In this document: piece after piece, positions 41,583 through 50,654 of the stretch
How the letters are laid out: each line of letters opens with the position of its first letter
How positions within the stretch are numbered: the stretch's first letter is position 1
Source of the DNA: Nitrosopumilus sp.
GTDB lineage: Archaea > Thermoproteota > Nitrososphaeria > Nitrososphaerales > Nitrosopumilaceae
Direction of reading: 5' to 3'
DNA length: 64,000 bases
Assembly: GCA_965203315.1 (NCBI GenBank)
Contig: OZ241857.1
Coordinates: forward strand, 992,001 to 1,056,000
Translations under genes and position numbers: made by a program
The notes under the pieces: generated by a model
Database searches by the model: none
What the model was told of the DNA's origin: nothing
The model's input: the letters and a program-made list of their open reading frames with translations, nothing else

Positions 41583-41902
41583 ATCACAATCTCCGAATAT
41601 ATCCTATTTAAATCCATATGATAGACTATGAGTCTCGGATCGGCAGAGATCAGATGTATTGAGACGAATGCGCGATTGTAGCGTGTGTCGAGTGTATCAC
41701 GTGTATCACGTGTAATCACATATGTGGATTGAGATAGAATGCGCGATCTGGCAGTATATCGAGTATCATAGATCTGAGTCCCAAACGTACATTTGAACTC
41801 GACCAGAGGTAATCGATTTACATGTATCTACATGCAAAAGTTTCAGGAATCGATACGCCACAAAGTCCAACCATTTTGATATGAGAGATTTGATTCCAAT
41901 AG

Positions 41903-41976
41903 TGGACCGGACGGAATTTGAATCCGTGACCCCCCGCGTGCAAGGCGGGTATACTACCAGGCTATACTACCGGCCC
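41903..41976 (-). tRNA. tRNA-Ala(TGC)
   Basis: Cloverleaf GGGCCGG..CCGGTCCA, anticodon loop CTTGCAC, G3:U70 pair. Confidence 0.96.
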
Positions 41977-42203
41977 ACAAAAGAAGATGATCCTAGTGTT
42001 GATTTTAACTGTTATCTTGGACATCGTACTGATTCGTTTAACTTGGGGACTTTCAGGTAGCTTAGAGTGACGATACGATAATCGAGACTCCGATCTGTTT
42101 GATTTATCGGATCATACTGAGACATAGATGATCATCCATCACAAGATCGATATCATTAGATGCATTCGTAGAAAATATATGTAAACATCATTCACGCAAG
42201 AAT

Positions 42204-42758
42204 ATGGTACTGTTAGAGTCTCAGATAAAACTAAAGACAGGAGATGTAGCGCCCGACTTTGATCTGTTGGGAATAGACGACAAGAGACACTCCCTAGACA
42301 GCTATAATAGTTACAAAGGCATGCTCGTTGTCTTTATGTGCAATCACTGCCCATACGTCAAAGCAAAGACAACTGCTCTAAACGAGATATACGATAAATT
42401 TGGAGACAAGATCGCCATGGTAGGAATAAACAGCAATGATGCAGTAGCATATCCAGATGACAGTTTTGCTGCAATGAAAGAGGTTGCAAAGGAGAAGGGA
42501 TTTGGTTTCGACTATCTAGTAGATGATACACAAGAGGTTGCAAAGAGATATGGAGCAACATGTACACCTGATCCATTTCTGTTCAACAACAAGAGGCGAC
42601 TGGTATTTCACGGAAGAATAGATGACATGATGAAACCGGAGGACAGCATAACAGAAAAGACGATGATCCAAAATATAGAAAAGATGTTGGCAGAAAAAGA
42701 GATCGAGAGAGACTTTGAACCATCAATTGGCTGTTCTATAAAATGGAAAGAAAATTAG
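42204..42758 (+). CDS. Thioredoxin-like (AhpC/TSA redoxin) protein
   Basis: APDFDL, CNHCPYV, INSND..YPDDS, CTPD, IGCSIKW. Confidence 0.9.
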   Translation: MVLLESQIKLKTGDVAPDFDLLGIDDKRHSLDSYNSYKGMLVVFMCNHCPYVKAKTTALNEIYDKFGDKIAMVGINSNDAVAYPDDSFAAMKEVAKEKGFGFDYLVDDTQEVAKRYGATCTPDPFLFNNKRRLVFHGRIDDMMKPEDSITEKTMIQNIEKMLAEKEIERDFEPSIGCSIKWKEN

Positions 42759-42793
42759 ACTTAAATGACTCACGCCAAACATAGATTGCTAAT

Positions 42794-42868
42794 GGGCTCG
42801 TAGCTCAGCTTGGCTGGAGCGTTCGACTGATAATCGAAAGGTCATGAGTTCGAATCTCATCGGGCCCA
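42794..42868 (+). tRNA. tRNA-Ile(GAT)
   Basis: Cloverleaf with anticodon arm TTCGA-CTGATAA-TCGAA. Confidence 0.97.
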
Positions 42869-42876
42869 TCCTAGTA

Positions 42877-44259
42877 TCAAGGTAACGACACGGTACCGAA
42901 ACCATACTCTTGACAGTTGGTATAGTGATTATCGATCTCGCGTATCCAACCACGACCGTGATCCAGCTGATCGAGTGATACCAACAAGGAGCGAATCTTT
43001 GGACTATACGTCTGATTGCGATGTATCAACTCTTGTTTAAACTCGTGTTGTGCAAGAGAGTTACTCTTTTTAGAGTTGCATTCACGACATGCAAGGACCA
43101 GATTCCATGGCTCATCTTCAAATATGTACGACCACGGAATAAAGTGATCGACTTCGATGAATCCTCGTTCTAGTCTAGTACAACAGTAAAAGCAGTGATC
43201 TGTATGTTCCCGATACATCTTTCTGTATACAGTTAGATCTCCACGATAGTTATCGTCTGACTCTATCTTTGCGATCAATCTGGGTAGCGAGTCGTTTATC
43301 TTTTCAAGAAACTTGGCCCACTCTACTAGTACTACTCGTGACAGTACCGAATGATTCTTGCGAAAGAACTCGTATGCAGCTGGATCGAGTTTGATCACTT
43401 TGGCGTCATCATCATAGTCGTAAAAGATCTTGTTCTCAGCGGAGTATCTACCAGTTCTGATCTTTTGAAACTTGGGAACTACAAGCGATGTCTTGGATCT
43501 AGCATGACCAAAGACTTTGGACAGGATCTGTCGTCTAGCTAGAATAATATCGTCATCTGCAAGTAGATCATAACTGCCAGGTGTGTTGTTGCCAAATATT
43601 TTGCGTATGATACTGATCACGTGCGGATTACTGTTTATCTTGTGATCTTGTTTTATGTGTAGTTTACACTCTTGGTGCCAATAGTACTTTAGAAATTTAT
43701 CAGCAAGGTACTCATAAGGTATGGTATATCCGGTAGAGTCTCTGCAATAGTCCAATATTGCACGAGCCAATGCAAACTTGTAGGTATTGGCCTTTGAGCC
43801 ATGAGCCAATACAGATACAAACATTCGTTTGAGATTTGCATCAGATGTGTCAGTAGACAGTATATCGTTATACGATGTATCTGTTTGCGTAAAGTTGAGC
43901 TCGAGTTTCGAGATATCGATCTGCGATTCAAGGCGTAGTATTCCAGATGGCGGAGAGTTACGCCAAGATACCAGTTTACTGTGTCTCTTGAGTTTGACAA
44001 TCTCTTGATCGACTATATTGTAAAAGTCACTTGAGATTCTGTTTGGGCCCCACAGATCGTGAGAGATGTGTAGTTGTGTGGCAATCGACTCGATCAGTTC
44101 TGTGCGAGTATGCCACACAGGCTCATTGGTGTACATCAGCTGTGATGGATCACCATCAATCTTGTGTTTGGATTTAGAGATATCATTGATGGTCTTACCT
44201 CGATTACCCAAGGCTACAAGTAGTGCCGTAGAGACTAGATTACGTGAGATGTGAACCAA
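42877..44259 (-). CDS. HNH endonuclease domain protein with N-terminal extension
   Basis: CFYC..EVDHFIPW..NLVLACRECNSKK; TYKFALARAIL..KYYW; paralog of 2642..3646. Confidence 0.8.
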   Translation of the reverse strand: MVHISRNLVSTALLVALGNRGKTINDISKSKHKIDGDPSQLMYTNEPVWHTRTELIESIATQLHISHDLWGPNRISSDFYNIVDQEIVKLKRHSKLVSWRNSPPSGILRLESQIDISKLELNFTQTDTSYNDILSTDTSDANLKRMFVSVLAHGSKANTYKFALARAILDYCRDSTGYTIPYEYLADKFLKYYWHQECKLHIKQDHKINSNPHVISIIRKIFGNNTPGSYDLLADDDIILARRQILSKVFGHARSKTSLVVPKFQKIRTGRYSAENKIFYDYDDDAKVIKLDPAAYEFFRKNHSVLSRVVLVEWAKFLEKINDSLPRLIAKIESDDNYRGDLTVYRKMYREHTDHCFYCCTRLERGFIEVDHFIPWSYIFEDEPWNLVLACRECNSKKSNSLAQHEFKQELIHRNQTYSPKIRSLLVSLDQLDHGRGWIREIDNHYTNCQEYGFGTVSLP

Positions 44260-44355
44260 TTACACTATACGTCAGATTCGAACATTTATGATTTGTCAAA
44301 CAACAGATAACACTTGTGTACGTCATACAGTACATCATACAGTATATCATATCGT

Positions 44356-44496
44356 AGACTGTATGCGTATTATTAAGAGTGACCATGTCCAATCATCAAA
44401 CATGACAACAATGAATCAATTTGCCTCTAGAAAGTACACATGTGTTTTATTGTACGTTAAAATGTGCGTAAGATACAAGAAATACGCATACAGTCT
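44356..44496. mobile_element. 141-bp MITE, copy 1
   Basis: Perfect 16-bp TIR AGACTGTATGCGTATT; 3-bp target duplication CGT. Confidence 0.9.
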
Positions 44497-44524
44497 CGTA
44501 CACCACAACACAGCATCACAAGAC

Positions 44525-45418
44525 CTAGCTCTTTTTACTGAGATTACCAGAGATTGTATTTGACCACTGTATTACGTCTTCTAGCCTCTCGGACACCAGA
44601 TCTGATTTGAGATTTTTAGATGGACCGCACAGTACAATCTTGAATCGAGAGCCGGATCTGGTCTTGATTGGTTTGATCGCATCTTTGAAGAAGATCAGTC
44701 CTTCAGAACTAGATGAAAATATCACAACAATCATGACGCCAGATCGTCGCTTCCATACCTTACTGATGAACTTTTGAAAGTCTAGATCAAAGAGAGGATT
44801 GATCATAGAAGACATGTCACCTAGATCAAATACACGCCAACCCAGAGTATGGTACATTGTTGCAGCTGCTGTAGACAAGAGTACACTCTCAGGATCAGCA
44901 GCGATAACAGACACACTCTTTGTAGGATCAAGGGATACACGCTGATGATCATAGACAGCTTGAAACGATCTATGTACCAGATTATACAATACACTCTGTT
45001 CGGCAACACCGATCTTACCAGAGTCAAATAGATCACGTACTGTAGTGATACTAGGCAGGATCATCTCAAGGATCAGTCTACTCGGTATGGCTCCAGAGTT
45101 GAGGCAGTTGTTTACAAGACCAACTAGTCTCGACTCGTCTACAGCTAACAGACACTCTTGATACAATGTAGATACCTTAAAGTAGTCTTCAGGAAACTCG
45201 AATGACTCTTGGTCAGACTCCAAGAACCAGAGCGTAATATTGCCAATATTCTTTGGATACACTATACCTTGAGCCGTCAAGATCTTTAGATACTTGGTCA
45301 TTGTTATTCTACTGATACCGGTACGCCTTGATATCTCGATTCCCGATATACCAGATTCAGACTCTAGTATTGGAATGAGTCTACTACGAATATCTTCGAT
45401 TGCGTACCCCTTACCCAT
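44525..45418 (-). CDS. HTH transcriptional regulator with C-terminal B12-binding-like domain
   Basis: SGIEISRRTGISRITMTKYL helix-turn-helix; ILPSI..V.DLF..GKIGVAE; GWRVFDLG; real start MGKGY (upstream extension lies in the MITE). Confidence 0.75.
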   Translation of the reverse strand: MGKGYAIEDIRSRLIPILESESGISGIEISRRTGISRITMTKYLKILTAQGIVYPKNIGNITLWFLESDQESFEFPEDYFKVSTLYQECLLAVDESRLVGLVNNCLNSGAIPSRLILEMILPSITTVRDLFDSGKIGVAEQSVLYNLVHRSFQAVYDHQRVSLDPTKSVSVIAADPESVLLSTAAATMYHTLGWRVFDLGDMSSMINPLFDLDFQKFISKVWKRRSGVMIVVIFSSSSEGLIFFKDAIKPIKTRSGSRFKIVLCGPSKNLKSDLVSERLEDVIQWSNTISGNLSKKS

Positions 45419-45426
45419 CGTACAAT

Positions 45427-45567
45427 AGACTGTATGCGTATTATTAAGAGTGCCCATGTCCAATCATCAAACATGACAACAATGAATCAATTTGCCTCTA
45501 GAAAGTACACATGTGTTTTATTGTACGTTAAAATGTGCGTAAGATACAAGAAATACGCATACAGTCT
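45427..45567. mobile_element. 141-bp MITE, copy 2
   Basis: Same TIR as 44356..44496, one visible substitution; 3-bp target duplication AAT. Confidence 0.9.
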
Positions 45568-45750
45568 AATATACTGCAACGATGGTATAAAGAGTTGACA
45601 AGAGATATCAAACTCGACATACGTTATCAATACATGCATCTTACACCCTAGTATCACTAGTTTTCTGTAGAGCTATAAAAAGATGGACTCTATCCGATGA
45701 TTTGAGATATTACTACGTTTAGGTTTTGCGGTATTTAGTTGTCCACAAGG

Positions 45751-45922
45751 GGCTCCGTTCAATTGACAGGGGTTGGCATTTTCTGCACAAAATTCTCGAA
45801 ACTTTGCAAAATATGGAAACGGCCTCATATCGACTATTGTAAATTCTACTGTTTTGAGTCTCAGTGTGCGTTCTTTGAGATAACTTTGTAACGATCTCCA
45901 CTCCCGTCAATTGAACAGAACC
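45751..45922. mobile_element. 172-bp MITE with IS6-like ends, copy 1
   Basis: Ends GGCTCCGTTCAATTGACAGG and CCCGTCAATTGAACAGAACC; inverted homolog at 61025..61196. Confidence 0.82.
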
Positions 45923-46408
45923 ACGAGAATGATTTTGCTCCAGGATATGATTGTGGTCATGGAACCGGCGATCTAGACTGTCATGGTAGTTGGAATTAAA
46001 CGCATAACTGGTCTTTGTATGACATTGGTTCAATATCACTAGATCAGATTACAACTCTACCATATAACGGGTCTCGTCAATAAAAAAATTGTTGGAATGT
46101 ATAACACTAATTCGCCATTGCGTTTGTCTGAGCTCTACTAACCAAGGGTTGACAGTTAAGTAAAATTCTCAACTTTACAAAGTATGGAAACTGCCGTGTA
46201 TCATATTGGGAATTACTGCAACTAGAACCCCAGTCAACAAGACTCTAACTCTAGATCGTGTATCACTATGCAAATATCTCAACAACATAAAGATCAATCA
46301 ACACACGTCCGGTACAAAATAACAAACCGACGTGCAAAACCGGCTCAACATCGCAATTTTAAAACCTTATATACTACTATACCATAAAATACCGTAAGGT
46401 GAATATGG

Positions 46409-46801
46409 ATGCCAAAACCAGGATTCAAGTCGATAACGATCTCAGAGGTCGTCTACGACACGTTTCATAAGGTATACGAAGAGAACAAGCCGGAACTCAC
46501 GATGCGTGGTGTCAACAGCTTCGCGGGTTATGTAACATACATGTTGGAAGAGATGGTGCAAAAGGACAAAACCTTTGCAAGATATGCTCCAAAGATCGAG
46601 TGTGTGAACGTAGATGCGGACGGTGTAATACTAAAGGACAACATCAAAAACAAAGTCATCGAAGTTGTAGTTCAGCAAGGCGAGTTGTACTGCCAATTTT
46701 GTGAAGTGGGTGACTGTGTGCATGTTGGATTTGTATTCTCGATACCGGAAGTGTATGAAGTACTCAATGACAAGGGTGTAAAGAACAAGTTCCTAAAGTG
46801 A
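46409..46801 (+). CDS. Hypothetical protein, RHH-like N-terminus and C-terminal Cys/His cluster
   Basis: MPKPGFKSITISE; LYCQFCE..DCVH. Confidence 0.7.
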   Translation: MPKPGFKSITISEVVYDTFHKVYEENKPELTMRGVNSFAGYVTYMLEEMVQKDKTFARYAPKIECVNVDADGVILKDNIKNKVIEVVVQQGELYCQFCEVGDCVHVGFVFSIPEVYEVLNDKGVKNKFLK

Positions 46802-46862
46802 ATGCTACAACTAGTCCAACAAAGCGACTCAACGCTACGACAAGTGCTGGAATAAATTCCAG

Positions 46863-46897
46863 ACGAGATAAAGGGGCGGGATTTGAACCCGCGAACT
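46863..46897 (-). repeat. Duplicated 3' end of tRNA-Leu (att-like scar)
   Basis: 25-bp identity GGGGCGGGATTTGAACCCGCGAACT with 47055..47079 plus shared ACGAGAT. Confidence 0.8.
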
Positions 46898-47049
46898 TTT
46901 TTTAATTTACTGCTTAAGCGATGGATCTCTTCGGTTTACTTGTGGTATTTACAAGGCTGTTCTCATAGAATCTCGTACTTTTTTTTCTGTAACCATTCTA
47001 TCCCACATAAATCAAAGATATCCAAAGTGATTTTGTTTTCTGCACGAGA

Positions 47050-47171
47050 TGGAGGGGGCGGGATTTGAACCCGCGAACTCCTGAGAGACAGGATCACCCA
47101 TTATCTGATCTTAAGTCCTGCATGTCCAAAAGCAGATCTTGCTCACTTTGGCCAGGCTTGATTACCCCTCC
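47050..47171 (-). tRNA. tRNA-Leu(TAA) with two introns
   Basis: 122-nt gene; removing about 47124..47145 (D-arm) and 47095..47109 (position 37/38) gives an 85-nt cloverleaf with long variable arm. Confidence 0.85.
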
Positions 47172-47328
47172 AAAAAGATCCACCATACAACAAGATTTAA
47201 CAGTTATCTAGACAGAAATCGGCTGTACAAATTAAAACGATGAATCTTGTCGTGTTGATCAGATATCTCACAAATCAGATATTATGAATAATCAAAGATT
47301 ATAAGGATTTTAGATATCTAGTCTTTAT

Positions 47329-47402
47329 GCTCCGATAGCTCAGCCTGGTAGAGCGTTACCTTGGTAAGGTAAAGGTCGCGGGTTCGGATCCCGTTCGGAG
47401 CT
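47329..47402 (+). tRNA. tRNA-Thr(GGT)
   Basis: GCTCCGA..TCGGAGCT acceptor stem; anticodon arm TTACC-TTGGTAA-GGTAA. Confidence 0.96.
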
Positions 47403-48263
47403 CTAGTAATTTTTAATGAGCAGTTCATAATGACCGCCACGTTTGTTACCGTTAGAGTTGATGACTCTGTTTGCAGCAACGCGTTGTATATTCCAAGGCT
47501 TTGAATCAAATAGATCTCTAACTGTTTTAGAGTACGAGTTGGATAGCATTACAAGACAACCCTTTCTATCAAGTTGATTGCATAGTTTTGCTAGACGACA
47601 CAGATCATCATACCCAAAGTCTTTGTTTGTATACTCGGTAAAGCTTGCAGTGTCACTCACAGGATGATACGGAGGATCAAAGTAGACTAGATCACCAGAC
47701 TTGGCTGTACACATGACACTCTCAAAGTCTCGACACTCTATTGCAATGTTTGGAGATTGGAGTACATCACTAACAGTTCGTAGATTCTCTTCGTTTACAA
47801 TATTTGGGTGAGAGTAACTTCCCAAGGGTACGTTAAACTGTCCCTTGCTGTTAACTCTGTATAGACCGTTAAAGCAAGTGCGATTCAGGAATAACAGACG
47901 TGCTGCGCGCGTAACCGTGCTGCGAGGTTTGCTAGAACGTATCATGTAATAGTACTCTTTAGAATTCTTGGTGTATCTATTCTGATGATCTTTGAGAAGA
48001 GGTATCAGCTCATCAATATTATCTCTAATAGCTACATATGTCGATATCAGATCAGAGTTTAGATCAGAGAGCACACAACGTTGATCTGCATGCTTTGACA
48101 GTATATGAAACGACAGGGCTGCTCCGCCTAGAAATGGTTCATGATACCTAGCAAACTCTGTAGGGAGATTAGAGTCCAAGACCGATATCATCTGTCGCTT
48201 GCCACCGGCCCACTTTACAATGGGTTTTGGGACAGATGTAAACTGTTGATATACTTGCTGCAT
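47403..48263 (-). CDS. dam: Dam-like (D12 class) DNA adenine methyltransferase
   Basis: KWAGGK, EPFLGG, LNRTCFNGLYRVN..G.FNVP.G, YFDPPY, LSNS; start MQQVY preferred. Confidence 0.9.
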   Translation of the reverse strand: MQQVYQQFTSVPKPIVKWAGGKRQMISVLDSNLPTEFARYHEPFLGGAALSFHILSKHADQRCVLSDLNSDLISTYVAIRDNIDELIPLLKDHQNRYTKNSKEYYYMIRSSKPRSTVTRAARLLFLNRTCFNGLYRVNSKGQFNVPLGSYSHPNIVNEENLRTVSDVLQSPNIAIECRDFESVMCTAKSGDLVYFDPPYHPVSDTASFTEYTNKDFGYDDLCRLAKLCNQLDRKGCLVMLSNSYSKTVRDLFDSKPWNIQRVAANRVINSNGNKRGGHYELLIKNY

Positions 48264-48849
48264 AGATATATGACTGTAAAAGCGGTTAAAATCTTGGTAA
48301 AGAGAATAAAGTTGAGTAAAAGCTAGATCTTTTTCCATCTGTACAGGTGGGCATGTGCTAGATCCATAGTCGGATATAGGCGCTTCATACTGATGACAAG
48401 AGAACAAGCTTGATTATTACCAACTTGTTTTAGCATCCAGAACGGTTGTAGATTGGCATATACAGTATATGCGATCAATAGACACGTGTTTAACAAGTTT
48501 CTGTCTAGTTTGTATAGATTGTAGTGTTTGTATGTGCTGTTCAGTAGACATTCTGCATAACTTGTTCATAATTAAAAACTGTAACAGAATGATATGTCGA
48601 GTAAAAATAAACGGGAAAGGTTTGTTAATTCAAAATCATATAGTTTATCGATCTCTACATTGCAATGTCCAGGCTAAACATGTGGTTAGTCAAGAGTCCA
48701 TTTGATCGAATCAGCGAAACATCATCTTACTAGACACCTGTATGATGTTCATCACATGTGATACAACATGATACAATACATGAGTCGTATGCGACCTAGT
48801 GGCGATCGACCAAGATATCTAGATATAAAATGAAAAGAAGAGGTTTTGG

Positions 48850-49500
48850 CTAGTCCCACTTTGACCAAGCAGCCATCCATCTATATGTCCACGTATTCAG
48901 CTTACAACCTAACGCTGCAAACGTACACGCCAATACTGCACCTGCACCTGCACCGAGCGCAACTGGACTGTTATAGAACTTTCCTACCTGCGGTTCTATC
49001 GGTGTCATGTATGGCGGCAGTGTTGGCCTTGGATATTTGAATGCCGTCTCTAGTGGGTCTGCGACTGTAATCAGGTTTACCATATTGAACAATGGTAATG
49101 ACATACCTACAAGTACACCACCAAACAGTATCAACGAATGCTTATTCTTCTTCGTTGCCCAGTATACCAAATCCAACAACATTGCGGATGGCAACCAGAC
49201 AGGAGTCACGATAAAGTCGTACGGATAACCAAGTGCAAACCATGCACCCTTTGCTACCCACGTGTATACTGTCATAATTAGGGCGTAGTACGTAGCTGTT
49301 CCTGGAACACCAGTAAACGTTAGATAGTATGTTGCACCTACCACAAGCATCAGTGTTTGTGATATAGAGAATACTGTATACGATGTCCAAGCCCAGTCGG
49401 TGTAGAAGATATAGTCACCTGCGTTAATTGTTAACAGTGTAGAGTTTACCGCTACTACAACTATGAACAAGTAGTGTGTACATCGTCTTAACCAGACCAT
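48850..49500 (-). CDS. amoA: Ammonia monooxygenase subunit A, archaeal
   Basis: MVWLRRCTHYLFIVVVAVNSTLLTINAGDYIFYTDWAWTS...WMAAWSKWD. Confidence 0.99.
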   Translation of the reverse strand: MVWLRRCTHYLFIVVVAVNSTLLTINAGDYIFYTDWAWTSYTVFSISQTLMLVVGATYYLTFTGVPGTATYYALIMTVYTWVAKGAWFALGYPYDFIVTPVWLPSAMLLDLVYWATKKNKHSLILFGGVLVGMSLPLFNMVNLITVADPLETAFKYPRPTLPPYMTPIEPQVGKFYNSPVALGAGAGAVLACTFAALGCKLNTWTYRWMAAWSKWD

Positions 49501-50157
49501 TATCAACTACAGCAATATGTAGGTATATAAAATTTTAGAGATGAGGGATCTAGGCGATAATTACACAGAAAATCACAGATTATGACCTGATCGATAAGAT
49601 ATTGGGTGAATTGGTCAATGTGTCATTTACTCAGAAGCAAAGAACCATGTTTCAAAAGAGAACAACAAGAGTTGTAATGCCTGACAAGCAAACAGTTGGT
49701 GGCCCAATATGAGACGATATGTGGCACATAATTCTCAAAATTACTCAATAATGTTGTGGAATACATGTTGAATATTGTGAATTTTTGGTATCAAGTAAAA
49801 TGTGTAGATTTTAGTTTATAATGGCGTTTTGCTCCACACTGCAGAAGCCGATCGCCACATGCGTGATAATGAGATCAAGCACTTAGTAAAGGTCACGAGT
49901 AGACGCAAGCCATCTTGCGGATGATATGATATCTGCAATTCTAGACTGCTAGGTCAAGACATTCATCGGAATGGTCTATAGATCGTGTCAGATACAACAA
50001 AGCTATTGGATCTAGTGCCAGCATACAACTCAACCGCACGCAAATTCAACGTTCTGATTGTATATCTGATTTACTATACCTATCAATCAGCAAATGTGGG
50101 AACAACACATTCCTAATCGCCTAGATATAAAATGAAAAAGGTGGGACGTTGATTGTC

Positions 50158-50520
50158 CTAATTGCCAACAAATAGCGCTATTATTATTGTACCTGCTGCT
50201 ACTGCTGCAACGCTACCTGCAACTATACCGTTACTGTTCTTGTTGGAACCTTCCTCCACGACTTTGACACAGAAGATATAGCCTATTGCTTCGATGATTG
50301 TTAGTACGATGAATGCATAATGACCACTAGGTGTTGGATATGCCCAAGGATAGTAAAAGTATCCTGCTGCGGTACCACCAAAAGTTGCCAGCCATGCTGC
50401 CCAGAATGAGATTGTAATCAAACCAGTCATGTTTTCAACGCGCCTTCCAATCATTCGTTCTACGTCGGCACTAGATGAGCCACCTGCGCCTCCAGAACCG
50501 AATCCTTTAGGAAGAGTCAT
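50158..50520 (-). CDS. amoX: Ammonia monooxygenase subunit X
   Basis: MTLPKGFG..DVERMIGRRVENM; three hydrophobic helices; directly upstream of amoA. Confidence 0.9.
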   Translation of the reverse strand: MTLPKGFGSGGAGGSSSADVERMIGRRVENMTGLITISFWAAWLATFGGTAAGYFYYPWAYPTPSGHYAFIVLTIIEAIGYIFCVKVVEEGSNKNSNGIVAGSVAAVAAGTIIIALFVGN

Positions 50521-50654
50521 TCTATGGTTATTCTAATCTAAAATCCTTTTAAGTCTTTCCGAAACCCTCAAACGAGTGCGAGTAGCATGATCAGTAGACA
50601 AGATACTAGTAACAGTCACCAACATTGTACATTGTACATTGTACATTGTATATT

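Noticed and set aside
42877-44259. Cas9, IscB or other RNA-guided nuclease
   Set aside because: HNH only; no RuvC motifs, arginine-rich bridge helix or adjacent ncRNA/array seen
44288-44563. 91-aa ORF, and N-terminal extensions of 44525..45463, 47403..48407, 54745..55443 and 57621..58133
   Set aside because: They run through MITE or promoter DNA; family motifs start at downstream ATGs
44356-45567. Composite transposon made of two MITEs carrying the regulator gene
   Set aside because: Each MITE has its own target duplication (CGT, AAT) and the outer flanks differ, so they are independent insertions
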